From contig CAVZIW010000001.1 in assembly GCA_963775465.1 (NCBI GenBank), positions 256,001 to 320,000 of the forward strand: a stretch of 64,000 nt of DNA. Direction: 5' to 3'. The DNA comes from Candidatus Bathyarchaeota archaeon (lineage in GTDB: Archaea > Thermoproteota > Bathyarchaeia > Bathyarchaeales > Bathycorpusculaceae). Position 1 is the stretch's first letter. Each line of letters starts with the position of its first letter. Shown piece by piece: positions 8,828 through 16,597 of this stretch. Below the pieces are notes generated by a model. That model made no database searches. It was not told the origin of the DNA and saw only the letters and a program-made list of their open reading frames with translations. A program made the position numbers and the translations under genes.

Positions 8828-9784
8828 TCACATCCCAACTATTCTTTTAAGCCGGTCCTTGACCGATTCTAGGTTTGACGACATTGATCTGTCTATTTTG
8901 GATGCGCGGAGTGTTAGTCCTTCTAAGTCTTTAATTTGATCTTCAACTACTAATTGGAAGTAGCTGACTTTTCCTCTCACTCTAAGAAATAATACTGCGA
9001 ATAGGGCTGATATTACTGCTAGAACTACAATTAGAGGAATGTATACGAATGTCATGACAGAAGATATGGGTTCGTTTGCTGTATTCAATCCGTTTAGTAA
9101 AGCTATGGCATTACTGACGTATCCGCCATTGGCTTCTGTTTGAGAAGCATTGAGAACATTGCTGTAGATGTCAATGTATCCTTGGTCAACGCCTGAAGAT
9201 TTAAGTGATTGCAGATGTGCTAATTTTTGGCTGTAAAGGGAATTATATTGGGTCATCAATGCTGTTGTTGCGACTATAGATATTTGGTCAATTGCAACAC
9301 CGCCTGTAGGACCAAACAAACTTACAACGTTAATTGGTGCTCCAGACTGAGAGGTGCTAGTTGGAATCTTGCCGTAAACTGTCATTGTAAAGGTTCCTAA
9401 AGTCCAAGTAAACTGGGCAGGATTAGCGTTTGGATTAAAATCACTACCTAAATTGTAATCTTGGGTGACCAATTCCCAGTATCTGTCGCTTAGTAATTTG
9501 CCCATTCCTGTTTGAAGCTTAAGATTGCCCGATCCAGCTGTAAAAACATTGATCGTAAAGGTTACCTTAACATCGGATCCAGGTACCACAGGCGACAGCG
9601 TTTGGTTAAGTCCAGTACTAGAATCATACTGAACCAGAACTTGGTCTGAATTGTTATCGACAATAGTGTAGCTTGTTATCCATTGACCTTCACCGACAGC
9701 TTGAACAATGGAAACTGGAATTGAAACTAAGAATACGGAAATTAACAATAAAACAAGGCTTGATACTAAGATTTTGTTCCTCAA
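8828..9784 (-). CDS. secreted single-pass membrane protein with a short cytoplasmic helical tail
   Basis: N-terminal signal peptide (..SIVQA), beta-rich S/T/G domain, TM FVYIPLIVVLAVISALFAVLFL and a ~50-aa charged tail. Its stop abuts the tubulin-like gene. Confidence 0.88.
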   Translation of the reverse strand: MRNKILVSSLVLLLISVFLVSIPVSIVQAVGEGQWITSYTIVDNNSDQVLVQYDSSTGLNQTLSPVVPGSDVKVTFTINVFTAGSGNLKLQTGMGKLLSDRYWELVTQDYNLGSDFNPNANPAQFTWTLGTFTMTVYGKIPTSTSQSGAPINVVSLFGPTGGVAIDQISIVATTALMTQYNSLYSQKLAHLQSLKSSGVDQGYIDIYSNVLNASQTEANGGYVSNAIALLNGLNTANEPISSVMTFVYIPLIVVLAVISALFAVLFLRVRGKVSYFQLVVEDQIKDLEGLTLRASKIDRSMSSNLESVKDRLKRIVGM

Positions 9785-10285
9785 GGTACTTACCTATCGG
9801 GGTGTGTTATTGTATGATACATATAACACTTGCGCAAAAAGACATTATTATTTAAAACCAGAAAAATAGTCTCCATTAACAATAATAAGTCATCTCGACT
9901 AAATTTTTTTTAAAATATTTTTATTATAACGCTTGTTCAACCCATATGATTCAAATATTAAAGAATTTTACCATCATATAAATTAATTCAATTTAATCTT
10001 GCAGAGTGAAAAGCAAGATTTATCCAGCTTGGCAGATATCACAAATTAAGATTAAGAGAAACGTGCAACCATCAACATCAAGAAAGCAGTCAAGATAACT
10101 AACGTTCATAATTCATTTGGAGGCGATTAAGTTGCTTTGCTCAGAAAACCAATAGCTTTTGCTATTTCTGTTAAGCTCGATAGACGTTATTTTATTTTAA
10201 TAGACATTAATTTCGCTTCTAATCAATGTTCAAGTTTACTAACTTTCATATTAAAGTTAGTTTTAAGTGTTGATTATGTATAAAT

Positions 10286-11020
10286 ATGATGATGGGGGGT
10301 TTAGGCAAGATGAATAAAAAAAATCTGCTTACAATATCGGTGTTCATCGTGGTTTTGGTCATCATTTCTTCACTTTTATGGAGCGTTTTATTTCCACAAA
10401 TTCCTCTGAAATACGAAAAAACAATTACGCGAAATTTCGATAACTCGGAAGAACAAAGCGCAATAACAGCAGCTGAATCTATCGATTATTCTTCTATTAC
10501 ATCATTAGAGCGTTTTGGCGGTTCAGATGATTCTGAGAATTATCTTCATCCTAGCACCTACATATCATATGCACATGCCAACTTTATCGATTCAGATGTA
10601 ATAGATTATTATCAGACAAGGTATGAAAATCAACAGGGAAAAGAAATTCCCCGACAAGTAGAATTAAATTACGAAGCGAATGCAACCAAGTTCTCCCAAT
10701 TTCGAATATTCAATAGTCCAGCTCCCGAAGGGGTATCTTGGCACAATATCACAATCGTAATGTCTACCTCCAACGGCTCAAAAGAGGTTAATTCAGGAAA
10801 TATGCAATTCTTCTATAAGAACCAGACAAGTTACCAAATTACAAGATGGGATTACGATTTCAACTTCTCTGACTGCCATGTTATTGAAATGAAACTACGT
10901 TATTCTGAAATATATGCCCCTATAGCAGGATTTTTTGTAACAGTTCACCAAATAATTGTTCTTGATAGAAACCTTGAACCTGTTTTGTTAGGAATTGAAG
11001 CAGGAATGGCGGTTTCTTGA
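10286..11020 (+). CDS. hypothetical membrane-anchored/secreted protein
   Basis: 244-aa ORF with MNKKNLL + hydrophobic helix (likely start 10310). Confidence 0.75.
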   Translation: MMMGGLGKMNKKNLLTISVFIVVLVIISSLLWSVLFPQIPLKYEKTITRNFDNSEEQSAITAAESIDYSSITSLERFGGSDDSENYLHPSTYISYAHANFIDSDVIDYYQTRYENQQGKEIPRQVELNYEANATKFSQFRIFNSPAPEGVSWHNITIVMSTSNGSKEVNSGNMQFFYKNQTSYQITRWDYDFNFSDCHVIEMKLRYSEIYAPIAGFFVTVHQIIVLDRNLEPVLLGIEAGMAVS

Positions 11021-11122
11021 GTGCAGTAAATTATAAAAATTCTTCTTCCGAGCATAGTTAAACTTTATTTTTCTAAAGTTCTCTGTAGCTTCTTAGCTGA
11101 TTTATTCCAAAATGATGTTGAA

Positions 11123-11200
11123 GTACCGAGGGCAAGGTTTGAACTCACGAATGGCATGTTATGCAGTCTGTAATTTGGCCCAACTTTCGAATACTCTTTG
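11123..11200 (-). pseudogene. possible degenerate tRNA-like remnant (Cys-like)
   Basis: The minus strand reads ...GACTGCA...GTGAG-TTCAAAC-CTTGC-CCTCGGT, a T-arm-like hairpin followed by an acceptor-like 3' strand. The 5' acceptor strand and anticodon stem do not pair. Confidence 0.2.
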
Positions 11201-11264
11201 CTGTCAGGATAACTATGCTTAAATACTTTTGTTTGACTGAAAGTGGCAGAAGAAAAGATGGTTT

Positions 11265-11341
11265 GCCGCCGTTGCACAGCCAGGTAGTGCAACTGACTGT
11301 TAATCAGTAGGTCAAAGGTTCGAGTCCTTTCGGCGGCGCCA
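11265..11341 (+). tRNA. tRNA-Asn (GTT), intronless, encoded CCA
   Basis: Acceptor GCCGCCG/CGGCGGC, discriminator G, CCA. Anticodon arm ACTGA-CTGTTAA-TCAGT, T arm AAAGG-TTCGAGT-CCTTT. TTAAATA box at ~11219. Confidence 0.97.
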
Positions 11342-11443
11342 CTCCCAGTTCCACAAACTACCGTTTCTTTTTATCTTTTTTCTGGTTTAGCGGATGCTCC
11401 AAGGTTTGGGAGGGCTATTTTTTGAGCATCATTTTTACTTTAC

Positions 11444-11742
11444 TTGCGTCAGCCTCTTAATCGTCATACGTTCAAGGCGCCAAAAACTAGGGCATGGATA
11501 GAAGAGCAGTGTAAAGGCAAGTATGTGCTTAACCTGTTTGCAGGTCCCTCTCGATTGATGGTTGCATTGAAGTCGTCAACGATATCGACCCTAACATGCC
11601 TTGCACGCTTTTTAGGATGGATGCACTGGACTGCGCCAAACATCTCAGAGAAAAAGGTGAGTTATTCGATGTTATTTTGCTTGACCCGCCGTATAGTTAC
11701 CGCAAAAGTATGGAGCTCTACAATGGACACAAGAATAGTTGA
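11444..11742 (+). pseudogene. frameshifted, truncated amino (N6-adenine-type) DNA methyltransferase
   Basis: VLNLFAG (motif I). After a frameshift near 11553 the sequence reads IEVVNDIDP...MDALD...FDVILLDPPYSYRKS (DPPY at 11683-11694) and stops at 11742. Confidence 0.75.
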
Positions 11743-11866
11743 TGAGATAGAGGTGTCTGAGAATCGGGAAGCCCTGATCGTTTTGGCTGGCACAGTTGCG
11801 GGCGCTGCTACTACGTTTGTTGCTTTCTTTACCGATTCCGCTGATTAAAGCTCCGGTGGTTGCAGA

Positions 11867-12096
11867 TTATGAGAATAACTTGATGAATTTTTCCCTTTTC
11901 TAGTTTGGCGTCTTTCATTATTTTTAAAAGTAAACCCACGCCAATGTTTTCTTTAGCATGAACCGGAATCACAGTGATCCTGCCGTCTGCATGTTTCATG
12001 ACGACATGGCTGCCGTGTTTTCTAGAAACCTCAAAACCCAGAGCAGATAAGACTTTAATTACTTTTCTGGCTGGCTGGCTGCGGTCGCAGGCTCAA
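11867..12096 (-). pseudogene. hicA: HicA-family toxin, frameshifted
   Basis: TTG overlaps the hicB stop (TTGA). MSLRPQPA/RKVIKVLSALGFEVSRKHGSHVVMKHADGRITVIPVH..IGVGLLLKI carries the GSH motif. An extra 4-nt GCCA unit at ~12068-12080 breaks the frame. Confidence 0.8.
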
Positions 12097-12293
12097 TTGG
12101 TGGTGACCTCAACAAGCTGTATGCCTTCTTTAGGTTTGACAGCTTCAACCTCAAGGTAAGCAGTAATGGCTTCTTTGTTGCGTTTAGTCAATTGGTCAAG
12201 AGTTTTGGCTTGCGTGTGACAGCCGGGAAGGTCTGGAACTGAGGCAACATACATGCCATCTTCGTCCTTTTCAACAATAACTACGAACTTCAA
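12093..12293 (-). CDS. hicB: HicB-family antitoxin
   Basis: EKDEDGMYVASVPDLPGCHTQAKTLDQL..EAI is the classic HicB N-terminal domain. Confidence 0.92.
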   Translation of the reverse strand: MKFVVIVEKDEDGMYVASVPDLPGCHTQAKTLDQLTKRNKEAITAYLEVEAVKPKEGIQLVEVTTN

Positions 12294-12299
12294 AATAGA

Positions 12300-12560
12300 T
12301 CACAATTTAGGATTAGTTAATGCGCTTACTAAAATCTTCTCATCTAATTGAATGTTTGAGTCTTTCTTGGTATAATATGCAACCGCACTTAAGCCAATTA
12401 AAGCTGAAAAAGTAATTAGTAATGTGCCTTGGATAAATCCGATGGGGTGATTGAATGGTGGTGTTTTTGAATCAATGCCTGCCGCAAAATAAACTGGAAT
12501 ACTATCTGTAGTTCTTGAGTAAGTTATGCCCGCAAAGAATGTTAGCATGCTTCTTCTCAA
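12300..12560 (-). CDS. small membrane protein or gene fragment
   Basis: One clear TM segment. The 5' region appears disrupted. Confidence 0.3.
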   Translation of the reverse strand: MRRSMLTFFAGITYSRTTDSIPVYFAAGIDSKTPPFNHPIGFIQGTLLITFSALIGLSAVAYYTKKDSNIQLDEKILVSALTNPKL

Positions 12561-12696
12561 GCTGCCAGAAAAAATAACACCTCATCAAAAAACGAGTAAA
12601 ATCTGCACTTCATAGTTATCTATTTTAATGTAGAATCAAATGACCCAAACTTGACTATCTTTGCTTTAACAAAAGATCAGACCTCAAAAACAGAAA

Positions 12697-12910
12697 CTAT
12701 TCTCGATAAAATTCCAAGAAGTCTAACTGCCTGCAAGGAGTATATTTTGCATCTTACTCTTTGGTGATTATCCCATTAAAGATTTCAATGTAGCTTCAGG
12801 ATCAATGCCTGTCAAGCTCTTGGTTAAAGAAATCTCTCAAGTCTTTAGGCTTCAAATCGGCTATTGTTTGGCGCTCGATTCTTTTCTTTATAAGCTTGAT
12901 AATGCATTGT
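12697..12910 (-). pseudogene. tyrosine-recombinase (integrase) C-terminal remnant
   Basis: One frame with three internal stops: LKPKDLRDFFNQELDRH*S*SYIEIFNG..KE*DAKYTP..LEFY. This matches the (H/K)xxR box, the IxxFxG segment and the catalytic-Tyr YT spacing of archaeal integrases. Confidence 0.55.
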
Positions 12911-13101
12911 ATGAATGAAAAGCTTATTTGTGCTTGGATTAAGCTAAGTAACTTCAACTTTTCATACCTGGAAAAAAAAATCATGTTAAAAATTAACTCA
13001 TCTGAAATTCAATCCAGAAAACACCATTGCATTCTTAATTTTTCGGCTTCCAGCAAGGAAGCTTACAAGAGAGCTTACATGATTGAAGGGAAAGTAAAAA
13101 C

Positions 13102-13308
13102 ATGGTGATCATAGGTGATTATGCGAATTGCCCGCAATGTGCAAGAATAGGGCGAATTGTTTGGGTGTCTACAAATGGAGAAACGGTTGGAATCCAGTGT
13201 TCTGCAAGTCACCAACTGAATGTTATTCCTGATTCGCATGGATTTATGAAAAAAGCATCTAAGCTAAACAAAAACAGTGTTTTTTTAGTTAAAACTCGAT
13301 CCTTATAA
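13102..13308 (+). CDS. small Zn-binding protein (CPQC...CSASH)
   Basis: 68 aa with CPxC and CxxxH motifs and a purine-rich SD. Confidence 0.7.
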   Translation: MVIIGDYANCPQCARIGRIVWVSTNGETVGIQCSASHQLNVIPDSHGFMKKASKLNKNSVFLVKTRSL

Positions 13309-13340
13309 TTTACAAGTTAATACACTTTGTCTTAAGTGTA

Positions 13341-13369
13341 TTTATCTTGGATTCATAACGATTTTATGA
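13341..13369 (+). promoter_or_regulatory. 29-bp promoter-like motif, copy 1
   Basis: TTTATCTTGGATTCATAACGATTTTATGA, 26/29 identical to 33783-33811. Confidence 0.4.
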
Positions 13370-13703
13370 TTTACACATTAATGAGAAATGTAAACTAGTT
13401 ATGAAGCTGTCTGTGCTTATCTCTTCCCAAGGGTCGCCATTACTGAGTTCCAAAATTTCTGGCTGTACAGGAATCTGAGCAAAATCTCAAGGTTTCATAC
13501 TCGGCTTCTTCGTCCTCTTTTTCAATCTTAGTCATTAAGTCAAGTAACTTCTCCATGCAAGAAGACAGTTTTGGCAAATCTTTTTTCCACACCAACCACA
13601 TTCTGAAAAATCATTGAAGAAAAAGTGGTTTTACTGTACTTGCATGACAACAATCACAAACGCTTAATATGCCAGATGCAGTCAATTCTTCGGTGAAATA
13701 TTT

Positions 13704-14108
13704 TTGGAAAAAGAAATACTTTTTGAAGGAAAAGAAAGCACCAGCTCCGTCAAGATAAAAGAGTTTAATTCTCAAGGTGCAAGTCTTGAAATCAGCCTCA
13801 AGGGAAAAGTCACAGGAAAAATTGAAGGTTTCATCTTATCCACGCACACGATTCTTATGAAGTTGGACCGCACAAGCGAGGTCGAGATCAAATCAATCAT
13901 CTTTAGCAACGGAGAACCAATCTTCATATCTGGAAAAGACGCCGGGAAAGTTATAGACCCAGCACCGACTGGAAAGATAGAGGGAAACCTAACATTCCAA
14001 ACACCCTCCCAAAGACTATCATACCTTAACAGTGCAAAAGGATGGACAGAAGCCCTCTACAACATTGCGACAGGCGAATACAACTTCAAAGTCTACACAG
14101 TCAAATAA
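13704..14108 (+). CDS. hypothetical beta-rich protein
   Basis: 134-aa ORF with GGTGA SD and CTTAATAT box upstream. Confidence 0.75.
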   Translation: MEKEILFEGKESTSSVKIKEFNSQGASLEISLKGKVTGKIEGFILSTHTILMKLDRTSEVEIKSIIFSNGEPIFISGKDAGKVIDPAPTGKIEGNLTFQTPSQRLSYLNSAKGWTEALYNIATGEYNFKVYTVK

Positions 14109-14126
14109 TTCAATAAAGACCTTTTG

Positions 14127-14333
14127 CTATGGGGATTTTAGTTTTCTGCCGCACATTGGGCAATCGACATACACGTGGTTTAAGTCTTTTAGAGTCTCTG
14201 CTATTGACAGTTGGAGGTAGCATTGAAAGCAAAAAAATATCCTACATTCAGGACAGTAGTAGACGCCACCGCCAACCATCCTTCCGCACGCATCACAAGG
14301 TCTAGACAACAAGAAATCCATAAAGAAAAACAT
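14127..14333 (-). CDS. small Cys-rich Zn-finger protein (four CxxC pairs)
   Basis: CDAC, CPEC, CFQC, CPMC. Likely start at MDFLL. Confidence 0.7.
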   Translation of the reverse strand: MFFFMDFLLSRPCDACGRMVGGGVYYCPECRIFFCFQCYLQLSIAETLKDLNHVYVDCPMCGRKLKSP

Positions 14334-14459
14334 CCAAATCTTAAATTAAGGTTATATGTTAAACGACATTTGAAGCTAGCAGAGAGATAGCCAAAACTAA
14401 CCTGTTCAGAAATAAAGAGAAAAACAGAAAATTAATTAAATTAGAAAAAATAGCTGGGT

Positions 14460-14777
14460 TTATCTTGCCCAGCAGGGACCATAGCCATAACCGTAGTTGT
14501 TTCCGTAATTATAGCCGCCTTGATAGTGTGCAGGTGCGGGAACAGATCCATCTGTTGGCGCTTGAGGCGCAACATATTGACCAGCGTACGGTTGAGCGTT
14601 GCCGTAGCCAAAGCAGTTTCCGATCCAACCCAAGAACCCATCGTTTTGTGGTGCTTGGTTGGGGGTTGTTGCTGTGTAGGTTTGGTTTGCAGCTATTTGG
14701 GCTGAAGCCAACCCGACTGCAACCAAGGTTAATGCCGCGACTGCGACCAAGGCAATTATGATTTTTGTTTTTTGCAT
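14460..14777 (-). CDS. secreted low-complexity protein with Gly/Tyr-rich tail
   Basis: GGTGAT SD before MQKTK, signal peptide ending ASA, C-terminus GYNYGNNYGYGYGPCWAR, T-tract downstream. Confidence 0.75.
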   Translation of the reverse strand: MQKTKIIIALVAVAALTLVAVGLASAQIAANQTYTATTPNQAPQNDGFLGWIGNCFGYGNAQPYAGQYVAPQAPTDGSVPAPAHYQGGYNYGNNYGYGYGPCWAR

Positions 14778-14916
14778 TTGTTTTATCACCATATTAGTAT
14801 ATGTGCATAAAAGCTTATAGCAGTTGCCTGAAACATAACTGAAACAGACCATGAAACAATCTCAAAAGGTAGATTCATATGAAATGAAACATATTATTTG
14901 TCATGTTAGTGGTTTT

Positions 14917-15117
14917 ATGAAGGACAAATCTATCAGGAAAACTATGCATCCCACTCCGAATAATCCAGGTAACCCTGAGAGTCCGCCTCCAGCCGTACCT
15001 ATACCTGGAAAATCCGCAGACGACAGCGAGCCTCAATCCTATAAATGCTCAATATGCGGAAACGTTTACAACAGCAAAGAGGAAATAGACGAGCACATGC
15101 ATGAACACACTCGCTGA
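14917..15117 (+). CDS. Pro-rich C2H2 zinc-finger microprotein
   Basis: YKCSICGNVYNSKEEIDEHMHEH after a Pro-rich segment. Confidence 0.75.
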   Translation: MKDKSIRKTMHPTPNNPGNPESPPPAVPIPGKSADDSEPQSYKCSICGNVYNSKEEIDEHMHEHTR

Positions 15118-15605
15118 GCTGATTTAAACCCAGAATAAAGACCAGTTTGCAGCGGGAAACATGGTCAATTTAGGATTTGAACTTTGTGGTACCGACTATT
15201 TCTAATTTGCTGACGGTTAATTCTATTTGTTGTAGTGTGTTGACTATAACATAACCTTAAACATAGATCTATGCAATATTGAGATATGTTAGAAGGCGAT
15301 CTTTTGACGGAGGATACGGAAATCAACTCCGCTTTAACTGATTTGTTGAAGAAGAACGGCTGCCCTGAAGATACCATAAAAACGGTTGTAGCCCTCTACA
15401 GTCAACCAACCCAATAACAACAAAAACGCTGAACTTGAAACATTTCAAAACAGTCTTCACCAATCATTGATGGCCTACGGAGAGCTATCTTCACTCATCT
15501 ATAATCCCTAATTCCATTAATTAAAATCTAGTTATAAACTTTTGTAAACGTACTTAAAAAAGGAAAATCAAAAGAGAGGAAATTGCTCTAGCAGTATTTG
15601 CTTTC

Positions 15606-15890
15606 TTAGAGTTTCTTCGCCACTTCGCTTAATGGTTGTACAGGTTTAATGTCAACTTTCATAGGACCAAAGAACTCCGCAACTTTGGATTCGTCTGGTG
15701 CTTCGATTGTGAAGAAGCCTTTGTGGTCAACTGATTTATCTGCTGGACAACTCATGTAAGCTGCAGCAATATCTATACCAGAGTTCTTTACGTGCTCGTT
15801 GCTGAAAAGCTGCTTGAGCATAGCTTTCCCCTCTGCACTGTTCAGGGGACACATGGCTGCTGGATGAGTGTGAGTTGCTTCATATAACAA
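15606..15890 (-). CDS. hypothetical protein (HxHxxxxCP motif)
   Basis: 94-aa ORF with perfect GGAGGTGA SD upstream of TTG. Confidence 0.8.
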   Translation of the reverse strand: MLYEATHTHPAAMCPLNSAEGKAMLKQLFSNEHVKNSGIDIAAAYMSCPADKSVDHKGFFTIEAPDESKVAEFFGPMKVDIKPVQPLSEVAKKL

Positions 15891-16562
15891 AAAATCACCT
15901 CCAATTCTTGGGTTCTACTGTAAATAAATCAAGAAATCTCAAGTTATTAAATCGCACGCTTCATGCAAAAATGGAGTCCTTTCGTACAAAATTGTTACAG
16001 CTCTATTCTTAAGTTACACTATCAATTGCCGAAAGGCCTGACAGCAAATTAGTTATGCAACATATTGACACGAGCAAGCACCCGAATTATAATTTGCCCA
16101 AAGGTTACTAAAGCAAGTGACCCAAAACTCTCGCGCAACCCTGCTTGGCTTTTTGCTGGTTGCCGCCATTGTGAAATCTTTTGTGAGACAGGGTTAAAGC
16201 CACCTAAAACGCAAATAACATGGTTCTGCAGTCTTTAGCTGATTGGTTTGATAATGGTTTCTTGGCAGTTTTAACTTCAACTTCAACCAAACTATACATA
16301 CCTCCCTGAGTTTGACCCCAACCAGCAGCAGAGAAATACGACAAACTACGAATTAGCTCTTAAGACAACGAAAAACAAGATAACAATAGCTTCTATGTGG
16401 GTTTATAGGAATAAGTTTTAGTAAAATTGAAGGGTTTGCTGAGGCTCTGGGCTTAAATGGAGAAATTAGAGAGAATGCAAACTCTCTTGCAACAGCTTAT
16501 GGCTATTTCGTGAAATATGGCCAGAGCCCTATCAGCCCCATTGTTTTCTTATACATTTAAAC

Positions 16563-16573
16563 AAAAAAAGGGA
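16563..16573 (-). terminator. oligo-T terminator downstream of propeller gene 1 (equivalent tracts follow all four paralogs)
   Basis: TCCCTTTTTTT on the minus strand ~25 nt after the stop. Similar tracts at ~20412, ~28101 and ~36661. Confidence 0.55.
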
Positions 16574-16597
16574 AGTTTTGTTGTTTGCATGTTACTT

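Larger units (their letters stand above)
11342..15984. mobile_element. decayed tRNA-integrated element / accessory island (right boundary uncertain)
   Basis: Methyltransferase remnant, hicBA and integrase remnant lie directly downstream of the tRNA 3' end. An 11-nt copy of the tRNA T-arm sequence GAGTCCTTTCG occurs at 15974-15984. Confidence 0.4.

Noticed and set aside
8822-8830. Selenocysteine/pyrrolysine readthrough of TGA-TAG
   Set aside because: Two consecutive different stops, no SECIS/pyl evidence in the window, and a high indel rate make a sequence error more plausible.
16000-16545. Degenerate TFB/cyclin-fold gene (..FAEALGLNGEIRENANSLA..GQSP..)
   Set aside because: The resemblance is short, interrupted by many stops and not verifiable by eye.
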